From an uncultured Bdellovibrionales bacterium (GTDB taxonomy: Bacteria; Patescibacteriota; Minisyncoccia; Moranbacterales; GWC2-37-73), in NCBI GenBank assembly GCA_964500125.1, contig CAZCMV010000002.1, forward strand, positions 4,173-68,172: a stretch of DNA of 64,000 nucleotides, written 5' to 3'. The stretch's first letter is position 1. The number at the start of each line of letters is the position of its first letter. Shown in pieces: positions 49,242 through 57,258 of the stretch. Made by a program: the position numbers and the translations under genes. Below the pieces are notes generated by a model that searched no databases, was not told the DNA's origin, and saw only the letters and a list, made by a program, of their open reading frames with translations.

Positions 49242-50168
49242 TTAAAAATGGCATGACTTATTAGTGCTCCATTGATTCCAACCCAATCTTAGAATCTTAC
49301 AAGATATTTGTATATTGAAACTAGCATCTTTTAATTTTCTTTTGCATTCTTCATATTGTGCTTCTTTGCCGCTTTTCACTTCACAATCATATCCTTTGTT
49401 CCCTATCCTTTTTCCTTGCATGCCACCGCCGTATGTATTAAAAAGCTTGTCACATCCAGGAATCCTATATCCGTTTGCAATTAAATTAACTTGAAAAAGA
49501 CCCACGGAAAATGCTTGTTTTTTTCCATTATGTATACAAACATCGGATGTGCTTTCCAGGGCAGGCACTCCTTCACTTTCCAAGTGGCATATGGATGAGG
49601 CCTTTTTTGCTGCTGCTCCAAAACAAGTATTACTCAGTGTTTCTACGGAACAAGGTGTTTTTGTTTCAGGAGTGCATTTTTTGTCTGAACGACCTCCTCC
49701 AGTGACGCTTCTAGTTTCACTTTGTTCCGTCCTTAATTCATTTAAATTCAAAGAAATCAAATTAAGATTCAATTTTACCAAATCCGGATTGATAACATAA
49801 AGCAAAATATATGCTGTAAGCACTGCAACCAATCCAATAATAGCATCGGTTATGATATTTTTAGCAGTGGTTATGGAAGCATTGTTTCCTGCACTAGTTA
49901 CATAAAGAAAACCTCCCACAGTAAGCATGAAAAAAGCTGCAATACCTACGGTCCAAATAAAGAATTTGTAAATAGCAGAAAGAAGGTCAGGAAAAGAAGG
50001 TGATGAACCAGCATTAAAGAATCCCGGAAATTGTTCGAGAAGTTTGTATTCAAATGCTGCTTGAGCATGCTGAGACAAGAGAAAGCAAAAAGATATACTC
50101 AGACAGAAGCAAAGAAAAAAATATCTGACCAGTTTTCTTGGTTTTCTTTTTTTTGTTTTTATATTCAT
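49242..50168 (-). CDS. bitopic membrane protein: same N-module fused to lytic-transglycosylase (SLT/lysozyme-like) domain
   Basis: CHLESEG...AFSVGLFQVN resembles SLT catalytic Glu-Ser and GLMQ motifs; Cys-rich. Confidence 0.5.
   Translation of the reverse strand: MNIKTKKRKPRKLVRYFFLCFCLSISFCFLLSQHAQAAFEYKLLEQFPGFFNAGSSPSFPDLLSAIYKFFIWTVGIAAFFMLTVGGFLYVTSAGNNASITTAKNIITDAIIGLVAVLTAYILLYVINPDLVKLNLNLISLNLNELRTEQSETRSVTGGGRSDKKCTPETKTPCSVETLSNTCFGAAAKKASSICHLESEGVPALESTSDVCIHNGKKQAFSVGLFQVNLIANGYRIPGCDKLFNTYGGGMQGKRIGNKGYDCEVKSGKEAQYEECKRKLKDASFNIQISCKILRLGWNQWSTNKSCHF
49754..50121. repeat. 368-bp direct repeat copy 2
   Basis: See copy 1. Confidence 0.9.
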
Positions 50169-50209
50169 CTATTATTTACGTCTTCTTAAACTTGACTCCG
50201 TTTCTATTC

Positions 50210-52990
50210 TCAAACAGTTTTATTTTTACCCAATCCCGGTGTGACATAGAAAATAGCTCCCATAACAACAATCATCAAGACAGCAGTTAATGCAAGTCTC
50301 AACAAAAACATCATCTCTCCTGGAAGATTGCTTACCAGACTTGCCATTAATCCTCCTTTTGCCTTGGCTAATTCATCATAACTTTGAACAACTTCCACCT
50401 CCGCCGAGGAGTCCAAATACCTTTCCGTTGCATCTTGTGCGGAAACTCCCCAAATATTATAAAGGGCTTTTCTCACATTCAAAACCTGCTCTTCATCTGT
50501 CGCCATAGCATAAACAGCTTCTATTGAAACATCGTAAGTAGAGCCCTCCCCATTTTCTGCAAGAAACTCAAGGTTTTCACTGTTTGCATATTGATCACCA
50601 TCAACTTCCCAAAAATAAGTCGCATAGCTGCTTATCCATGATGGCGTGAAAGCAGCCTTCATAAACACGCTGTTTCCTTGAATCGTTTCAAAAAGAATAC
50701 TACTATTATCAGCGGTTTCATTTCCCTCCATATCTTTGTATATTCCCAGTTGTTTGGGCCACACTAAATCCTTATTCGCAGATTCTATATTCACAGATGG
50801 TTGCACTATCTTAAATTTTCTATTCACTGTTTGAGCCATTTTTGTTTTCGTGTCTTTGAATGTAACTTCGGCTTCAAATATTTCTCCGTCTGTTCCAACT
50901 GCTGGAAAAAATATAATGTTACTACCCGTTTCTTTGCATTCAGAAGAATGTTCACTATTGCAAAAAACATTTTCTTTGTTTATTTTCCAAGAAAAATTCA
51001 CTAATTGACCATCCTTATTAGGAATAGCTAAACCTATTATGGAATTTTCTATTATAGGACATTCTGCAAGTTCCTCTCCCTCTGTACAAATCTCACTATC
51101 CTTTTTTAAACTAATCTTACCATCATCATCCGCTTTTACCAGATAAGCATCTATATCAGTGCTAGATTTAGTTAATTGTACAATAGCTGATCCCCTACCT
51201 ATCCTATTTTGTTCCGAAGAATTTTCAGATACCTTGGCTTTTATTCTTATATATTGTACCAGTCTATTGGAACCATAAAAAATGTCATCTGGAAATTCAG
51301 CCTTAAATTCAAACTCATTAATACCAAAACCTTTCATTGTTGAATGTTTTTCTAATTTATTTGTGACATCAATCCATTTATCATCCAAGGGCGCTTTTGT
51401 TCCATCATTACTTGCCTCAACGGTCCACTCATAATAAAGAGAAGAAACATCATCTGTTCCACTGACGGTCGTTTGTGCTTTTATATTATCACCCGTGCCG
51501 GTGCGCGTAGAATCATTATTTGCTCTACTTGGATTAGCTAAAACATTTACTTCTAAATTTCCAACACCACCTCCGGTCGGATCCAAAAGATTTTCTTCAA
51601 GACAATCATTTAAATCAAAATCAACCGTGAGGAATCCTGTGTCAATTTGAGGAACTTTTTGATATTCAACATAAAAAGCTCTCTTCTTTTTTATTTCATC
51701 ACTAAATTTCTTACAAACATTATTTGAGAAAGCCCAAGTTCTCATATAGGCATTGTCATCATGCTTGGTAGCAACAGCACTAATACCCTCAACAGCAAGC
51801 CCTACCTGATCCCCAGACCTATAAGTCCAAGAAAATGACTTCGCTCCCAAACCAAGCACATTAGCCTCGTCCGGAATACCGTTTTCGGCAGTAGACTTAT
51901 TATTTGGATCAGTTCCCCAAAATTTCTCCTCAGCCATTTCAAAATCCCCGTCTCCAGTTTTTATATTTGAACCACGAAGATCCTTAGGAGCAACTTGGGT
52001 TGGAAACAAATGCTTACAAAGATTATTAGATTTCTTGAAAGTACAGGTTGGCGATCCTGTTGATATAACAGAACACATCCCTCCAGCACTCAGATCCTCT
52101 TTTAAAATATTGCATATAAACTCCTTATTTGCAGAATCGTTGACAATATATTCAAAAATAGTCCTATTTGATTGTCCGCAAACCGGATTTTTTTGTTGTG
52201 TCGAAGCTAAACCACTGATTTGAGGACACTTAACTCTAGCTTGAAAATTTTCAACATCCTCATCACTTTCCACTTTGCACTCATAATCGTCAGTCTCTGC
52301 ACATATATTGCGAGTACCGGATTCACAAGTTATCAACTCATTTTTACCACAAGCCACAGATCCTCCTGATTCACAAGAATAAACAGGGATCGTTTTTCTT
52401 AACTCATAAAATCTTCCTTTTTCAAAATCTTGAATATAACAATCCTCTATATCCACATCATTTTGAGATTTATATGGCATTTCCCAATCACCAGGATCAG
52501 GACTAACCTCATACCCATCACTATTGGAATCACTAGAGCTATTATAATCAGTATCATTCTCCTTATCAAAGTCTCCTTTAGCAATTATTTTAGCAGCCTC
52601 TATCTTCCAATCATTAACTGTAATCTTGCCATCATTATCCCTATCACATGAACCACCTGAAGATCCTAATTCACAGCCCTCTCTTTTTAAATACCAAGTA
52701 TAATAAAGTTCATCAGAATCTTCTTTAAATCCCTGTGGTAAGGCTTGTGCCACTATCTTATCTCCGGTTCTGGCTGTTAGATTATCAAATGTCACCTTAA
52801 CTTCCACGCCTTGTTTTTTCATAGAAGCTGAGTATGCCTCTTTTAAATCAGAGGGGCGTAATAATTGTATCCTTCCCCCAACTACTGGATCAGCTGCCAA
52901 AGAAAAAAGTGGAGATAAAATTAAAACAATAACTTGAAAAGTTAAATAAAAAATAAATATTATTTTTTTTGTTTTAAAAAAAGAATTCAT
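50210..52990 (-). CDS. 926-aa Cys-rich secreted surface protein with EF-hand/dockerin-like Ca sites and C-terminal TM anchor
   Basis: Signal peptide; DRDNDGKITVND; GTDPNNKSTAENGIPDE; more than 40 Cys; C-terminal LALTAVLMIVVMGAIFYVTPG helix. Confidence 0.55.
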   Translation of the reverse strand: MNSFFKTKKIIFIFYLTFQVIVLILSPLFSLAADPVVGGRIQLLRPSDLKEAYSASMKKQGVEVKVTFDNLTARTGDKIVAQALPQGFKEDSDELYYTWYLKREGCELGSSGGSCDRDNDGKITVNDWKIEAAKIIAKGDFDKENDTDYNSSSDSNSDGYEVSPDPGDWEMPYKSQNDVDIEDCYIQDFEKGRFYELRKTIPVYSCESGGSVACGKNELITCESGTRNICAETDDYECKVESDEDVENFQARVKCPQISGLASTQQKNPVCGQSNRTIFEYIVNDSANKEFICNILKEDLSAGGMCSVISTGSPTCTFKKSNNLCKHLFPTQVAPKDLRGSNIKTGDGDFEMAEEKFWGTDPNNKSTAENGIPDEANVLGLGAKSFSWTYRSGDQVGLAVEGISAVATKHDDNAYMRTWAFSNNVCKKFSDEIKKKRAFYVEYQKVPQIDTGFLTVDFDLNDCLEENLLDPTGGGVGNLEVNVLANPSRANNDSTRTGTGDNIKAQTTVSGTDDVSSLYYEWTVEASNDGTKAPLDDKWIDVTNKLEKHSTMKGFGINEFEFKAEFPDDIFYGSNRLVQYIRIKAKVSENSSEQNRIGRGSAIVQLTKSSTDIDAYLVKADDDGKISLKKDSEICTEGEELAECPIIENSIIGLAIPNKDGQLVNFSWKINKENVFCNSEHSSECKETGSNIIFFPAVGTDGEIFEAEVTFKDTKTKMAQTVNRKFKIVQPSVNIESANKDLVWPKQLGIYKDMEGNETADNSSILFETIQGNSVFMKAAFTPSWISSYATYFWEVDGDQYANSENLEFLAENGEGSTYDVSIEAVYAMATDEEQVLNVRKALYNIWGVSAQDATERYLDSSAEVEVVQSYDELAKAKGGLMASLVSNLPGEMMFLLRLALTAVLMIVVMGAIFYVTPGLGKNKTV

Positions 52991-53015
52991 ATAATTTAAT
53001 TAAAAAATATTATCC

Positions 53016-53678
53016 TCACTTAATCGCTATAACACTTGCATCAACTATGATCAAAAAAATAATATGCGCAATAGTAGAATAAACCAAAGACTTGCTCTTA
53101 AATACAATAATTCCTGAAAATAAGGAAAATATTAAATAAGGTACAAAATACCAATCAAGAGAATTTGTAAGTACAAGAAGTAGAAAAAAAACAATTGTTT
53201 GCGCTAATATTGCAAAATAACCTATTTGTTTTTTCAAGGAAAGCATCAGAAATCCCCTGAAAAAAAATTCATAAAATACTACAAAAGGAAGTACTAGTGA
53301 AAATTCATAAAATAAAAATTTAAAAAAGTTTGCCTGAATTTCTCCTTCCAAAATATACTGCAATGAAAATTCTGTATAATAAAAAACCACATAAAAAAAC
53401 AACAGTGCTATAAGCAAGGAAATGAAACCGTATAAAAAACCTTTTCTCCATTCACCTAAACAAATACCTATCTCTCTAAGAGGTTTTTTTGTAACAATTA
53501 AATTGAAAAAAAATGGGACCAATAAGAAGAAAGATATGGTTACTGCAATATTTTGAAAATTATTTTTTGTGGGAAAAATCGAATAAATAACGACAATAAA
53601 TATTGCAAATAAACTGTTGAAAATAACTTCTTTTTTCATATTTTGTTTTATAAATATTGCAAATAGATTATAACACAT
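53016..53678 (-). CDS. CPBP/Abi-family intramembrane metalloprotease-like protein (start uncertain; possibly MKKEVIF near 53639)
   Basis: Polytopic; YEFFFRGFL (EExxxR-like) and STIAHIIFL (HxxxN/D-like) motifs. Confidence 0.5.
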   Translation of the reverse strand: MCYNLFAIFIKQNMKKEVIFNSLFAIFIVVIYSIFPTKNNFQNIAVTISFFLLVPFFFNLIVTKKPLREIGICLGEWRKGFLYGFISLLIALLFFYVVFYYTEFSLQYILEGEIQANFFKFLFYEFSLVLPFVVFYEFFFRGFLMLSLKKQIGYFAILAQTIVFFLLLVLTNSLDWYFVPYLIFSLFSGIIVFKSKSLVYSTIAHIIFLIIVDASVIAIK

Positions 53679-53969
53679 GAATGATTTAAAAACAAAACAT
53701 ATTATTTCAATATCTGGTCAATCTTTTTTAATAAGTTTTTTTTGATCTCTTCTAATTATATATTCTATATATAATATAATTAAAAATATTATTACTATTA
53801 TTAGGAGATTGGATAAGTGGATAAATATAAATAAAGGCTTCTTTAATAATAAATTATTCTAAAATATTATTGAATAAAGATCTTTTTTGTAGTGTTTAGA
53901 CTTGTTCATAACTTTTTTATGACAAAAATAAAAATTTTTAACCAAACTAATATACAAGATCTCAAAAGG

Positions 53970-54082
53970 TTATCAACAAATAAAAAGAGTTTATTTATAG
54001 ATTATCCACAATTTATACACAAGCAATTTTTATTTTTTGCTTAAGGAGAAGCATAAAAGGATAAATCCACAAGTTATCCACA
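53970..54082 (+). promoter_or_regulatory. cluster of five or six co-oriented DnaA-box-like 9-mers (TTATCAACA, TTATCCACA, TTATACACA, AAATCCACA-AG-TTATCCACA)
   Basis: Two exact consensus boxes plus three one-mismatch boxes within 113 bp, overlapping lspA 3' end and upstream of the envelope operon. Confidence 0.5.
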
Positions 54083-54449
54083 CATCTGCGAGATTAAAAA
54101 GAGGAAAATGAAAAACAGGAATTTTGATATAATCAATAACGCAACCTAAAAAAAATCTATCTAATAAATTAGCTATTCCACCCGAAATGATTAATAGCAA
54201 GGGTATCTTATATATTTCTTTGTTGCAAAAATAAAAATAAACAAAAATTAAAAACAAGGCTATTATTGGCCAAAAAATAGATAAATTAGGATATAATCCC
54301 CAAGAAATACCCGCATTGCAAACAAAAAATCCGCCAAAAGAGCGGATTAGTTGTTTAACGGCAAAATCAAAAAAAACCAAAATAAACAAAAATAAAGCTA
54401 AAAAGATTTTTTTGTTGGTAAATTCTGTTATGGCTAGCATTCTATACAT
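54030..54449 (-). CDS. lspA: lipoprotein signal peptidase II
   Basis: CNAGISWG, GGIANLLDR, FNLADV motifs. Confidence 0.7.
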   Translation of the reverse strand: MYRMLAITEFTNKKIFLALFLFILVFFDFAVKQLIRSFGGFFVCNAGISWGLYPNLSIFWPIIALFLIFVYFYFCNKEIYKIPLLLIISGGIANLLDRFFLGCVIDYIKIPVFHFPLFNLADVWITCGFILLCFSLSKK

Positions 54450-54784
54450 GTTTTGGCAGCTGGATAGGCGCGTAATCTTTCTTCACTTATGTCTTTTTTA
54501 CAATTTTCGCATTTTCCATAGGTGCCGAGCTTAATCCTCTCCAATGATTCTTCAATTTCTCTGAGTTGTTTTTCTAGAGTATTTTCAAGAGCAAGATTGT
54601 CAGTATATTCTTCAACTTCGGAGGCATTTTCGTCTTCGTCGGGGCCTATTTCATTAAATCTGGTCTGATAATCTCCCTTGGTATCTGTGGGATCCCCTAT
54701 GCGGGAAAGTTCATTTTCCAGCTGGCTTTTTTGTGCTAACAATTGTTGTTTCAGTTCCTCAATAATTTTTTGATTAATAGACAT
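54434..54784 (-). CDS. DksA/TraR-family C4 zinc-finger protein
   Basis: Coiled-coil N-part, C-terminal GTYGKCENCKKDISEERLRAYPAAKTCIEC. Confidence 0.7.
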   Translation of the reverse strand: MSINQKIIEELKQQLLAQKSQLENELSRIGDPTDTKGDYQTRFNEIGPDEDENASEVEEYTDNLALENTLEKQLREIEESLERIKLGTYGKCENCKKDISEERLRAYPAAKTCIEC

Positions 54785-54856
54785 ATGAGTTATTTTATAT
54801 GGGTTAGTTTTTTAATTGGCATTGCTTTTTTAGTATAGCAAGTATTACAACTTTGT

Positions 54857-55264
54857 CTAGAAAAAAATGTCGCAAATATGGCAAATCTTAGCTATTTCGC
54901 GAGAATCTTTGTCAACATAAACAGAAATTGCGTCAAAACGGAACGGGCTATCCCATAAGTTTTTATATTTTAAGTAAGCCTGGGCAATTTTGTTGAGCTT
55001 ATGAAGTTTGTCTCGCGTAATATTTGCTTCAGCCGGAAAAGCATTGGTATTTTTTGATATAGTGCGCGTTTTTACTTCTGCAAAGACGAGAGTTTTTTTG
55101 TCAGTGGCGATAATGTCGATCTCTCCCAATTGTCTGCCTCGGCTATTGTGGTAATTTGTCTCAATTATCTTATAGCCTTTCTTTTGTAAAAATAAAGCCG
55201 CCGCTTCTTCTCCAAAAGAACCTGTTTTATGACGCTTGTCATTGCTTTTTCTGAAAATACTCAT
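54857..55264 (-). CDS. yraN: YraN-family (UPF0102) endonuclease
   Basis: GEEAAALFLQKKGYKII...GEIDIIA...FAEVKTR. Confidence 0.75.
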   Translation of the reverse strand: MSIFRKSNDKRHKTGSFGEEAAALFLQKKGYKIIETNYHNSRGRQLGEIDIIATDKKTLVFAEVKTRTISKNTNAFPAEANITRDKLHKLNKIAQAYLKYKNLWDSPFRFDAISVYVDKDSREIAKICHICDIFF

Positions 55265-55951
55265 AAATCAGCTATTTAGATACAAAAAAACACCCTATCC
55301 GGGCACTTCTCTTATTAAAATCATTTCCGTGGTATGGTTACCCGGCGCTGCAAGCGCCCAAAATATGTAATATGTGGCGGCAGCGCCGGATGTTTGTCAT
55401 GTACCAACATGTTAATCTGAAACTTTTAGCCCGGGTGAAGTGGCATCGAGTTTACCCATAACATGTATTTTGTGTACATGTTTATTTTTTTGACTGCTTG
55501 TCCCTGAGTTTTATTTTTCACAAGAGTCTTTCTTCTACCGTTCTCTGGTCTTTTGACCTTTGTTTTTAGAAAGAACTTTTCTTTTTCTTTTTTATTTTTG
55601 TTTTTTGAAAAAGATTTTTTTATTTTTGTTTTTAGGGTCCTCCGCTCAGGATTTTTGAAATACGAAGGCGGTTTTGAAATGTTATTCAAAACACTTGAAT
55701 AGTAGAAGAGTTCCAACCACAAATAGGGGGAAATTGTGATTGGAATTCTTCCACCATCTCGCAACGGTATATGTTTTTAAGAAACTTATGTATCCATTAT
55801 AGCAGAAAAAATGTGGGGAGTCAATTTTATGAAACTAAAAATTTATATTTTGGCTTCAATAATGTGTATTTATGAATATCTTCAGTATGGATATCGAAAG
55901 CGTGTATTTTTATAGTTAGAAAAAATAAATTACTTTCTGTTTTGCCCATAG

Positions 55952-55971
55952 TTTTCCACAAGTTATCCACA
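55952..55971 (+). promoter_or_regulatory. tandem DnaA-box-like pair TTTTCCACA-AG-TTATCCACA
   Basis: Same 20-bp architecture as 9922..9941 and 54062..54082. Confidence 0.4.
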
Positions 55972-56000
55972 TACGAGTTGCAATCTATCAAAAAATTGCT

Positions 56001-57176
56001 TTAATTCGCCTCAATAGTGGAAGAATTTTCTGTGGATTGATTCGAGCTTATTTTATCTATAATAGCTCGCATGGTTTCCTTACTTGTGGCGAGTATTATA
56101 TTTTTTTTGTTCGAGGTATAATCAAGGGAAATGTTTTTTTCTTTAGATATGTTAATATAGCGAATCTCATGGTTTTTATAATGACTACTTTTAAAATTGT
56201 CTTCGCTTTTGATTTCAACAGCTTCTCCCGATAAGTATAGAGGTACCAAATTACTCAATAAAGAACTTTCTTGAGAATGAAGCTGATCTAAAGCTAAAGG
56301 TTCATTTTTTGGTGTTAGTGATAGTCCAAGACGCATATCACCATTATCATTAAAAACAAAAAAGGAAAAATCTTCTTCAAAATTGGCTTTTATTTCATTG
56401 GAAAAAGTTATATTTGCAGCTATGGCAAAAATAGGAAAGGATATGGGATTATTGTTTGAGTCTGTTATGATGAACTCTAATAGTGTCGTGTTAGTGGTTT
56501 TTTCGATGTCCAAAAGCAAATCTTTCAGAGCAGTTCTTATTTGCTCAGGATTTGAGTTGGACATATCTATTTTGAAATAGTTCGGTTGTTGTATTGAATA
56601 TTTTTCTAAAACGGGAGTTATTGCTACAATTTCCTTTTCATCTGGTTCATCAGTTGGCTCGTTTTTTTCTAGCGATATGTTTTCTTCCGAATTATTTTTC
56701 TTTGCAAAGTAATAAAAAATAGGTGCTGCGATAATGGCTATAATTAAAATTGAAATGGTGATTAATGTTGCAGTGCCAATTTTTTTATTTTTTTTATGTT
56801 TTTGATTGTCGTCCGATATGTTTGAAGAAGCATTGTTTTCAGGGGGAATATTTGTGAATGTGATTGGTTCTCTAGGTGGTTCAAGTTGCATTTGATGAGC
56901 CTTTTCTTTAGATTCTTGCGAGGGGTATAGTTCTTGAATGGGTGCTTCTGATAAAAAAGGACTTGGATTTGAAGTTTTTTCCAACGGTTTAATCCCTGTA
57001 TTTTTTGCGGAAAGATTTTCTGCAGACTCTCCTGATTTATTATTTATTGCGAGACCTTCTTCATTTGAAGGCGGATTGTTGCCGGAAAAGGAAATTCCAA
57101 CAAGATCTTGTTGCATGGTTCTTATGTAAGGTTTGTTTGTTGTGGAAGCTTGTATGTTTTTTTTATTGCCGAACAT
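56001..57176 (-). CDS. hypothetical low-complexity protein with one central TM helix (391 aa)
   Basis: ORF track; Ser/Asn/Pro-rich N-half, TM, Asn-rich C-half. Confidence 0.35.
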   Translation of the reverse strand: MFGNKKNIQASTTNKPYIRTMQQDLVGISFSGNNPPSNEEGLAINNKSGESAENLSAKNTGIKPLEKTSNPSPFLSEAPIQELYPSQESKEKAHQMQLEPPREPITFTNIPPENNASSNISDDNQKHKKNKKIGTATLITISILIIAIIAAPIFYYFAKKNNSEENISLEKNEPTDEPDEKEIVAITPVLEKYSIQQPNYFKIDMSNSNPEQIRTALKDLLLDIEKTTNTTLLEFIITDSNNNPISFPIFAIAANITFSNEIKANFEEDFSFFVFNDNGDMRLGLSLTPKNEPLALDQLHSQESSLLSNLVPLYLSGEAVEIKSEDNFKSSHYKNHEIRYINISKEKNISLDYTSNKKNIILATSKETMRAIIDKISSNQSTENSSTIEAN

Positions 57177-57258
57177 ATTTTTGTTTTTAATATAAAAAAT
57201 AAGGACTACAGTCAGGCTGTAGTCCCATTATACAACTTATCCTTTTTTTCGCCAACAA

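Noticed and set aside
47204-50121. The 368-bp repeat pair as template/variable repeats of a diversity-generating retroelement
   Set aside because: The copies are identical rather than adenine-mutagenised. No reverse transcriptase gene is present in the window. Both copies are coding and in frame.
53016-53678. Possible one-base frame inconsistency near the internal Met of the CPBP gene when hand-counting positions
   Set aside because: The provided ORF track reads straight through. The discrepancy is most likely my own indexing error, so it is not reported as a frameshift.
14522-55646. Shared 10-mer GGGTCCTCCG at 14522 and 55637, containing anti-SD-like CCTCC
   Set aside because: There are only two copies. 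The first is part of an FKBP-gene terminator-like hairpin, so this is probably coincidence.
55426-55764. 112-aa minus-strand ORF in the long intergenic region
   Set aside because: It is Lys/Asn-rich low complexity spanning a poly-T tract, with no SD. It is more likely non-coding.
55265-56000. RNase P RNA, tmRNA or SRP RNA in the long intergenic region
   Set aside because: Hand inspection found no CR-I/P4 (GGAAAGUCCGGGC), no tmRNA tRNA-like 3' end and no SRP domain-IV motif on either strand. Only a weak partial resemblance was seen.
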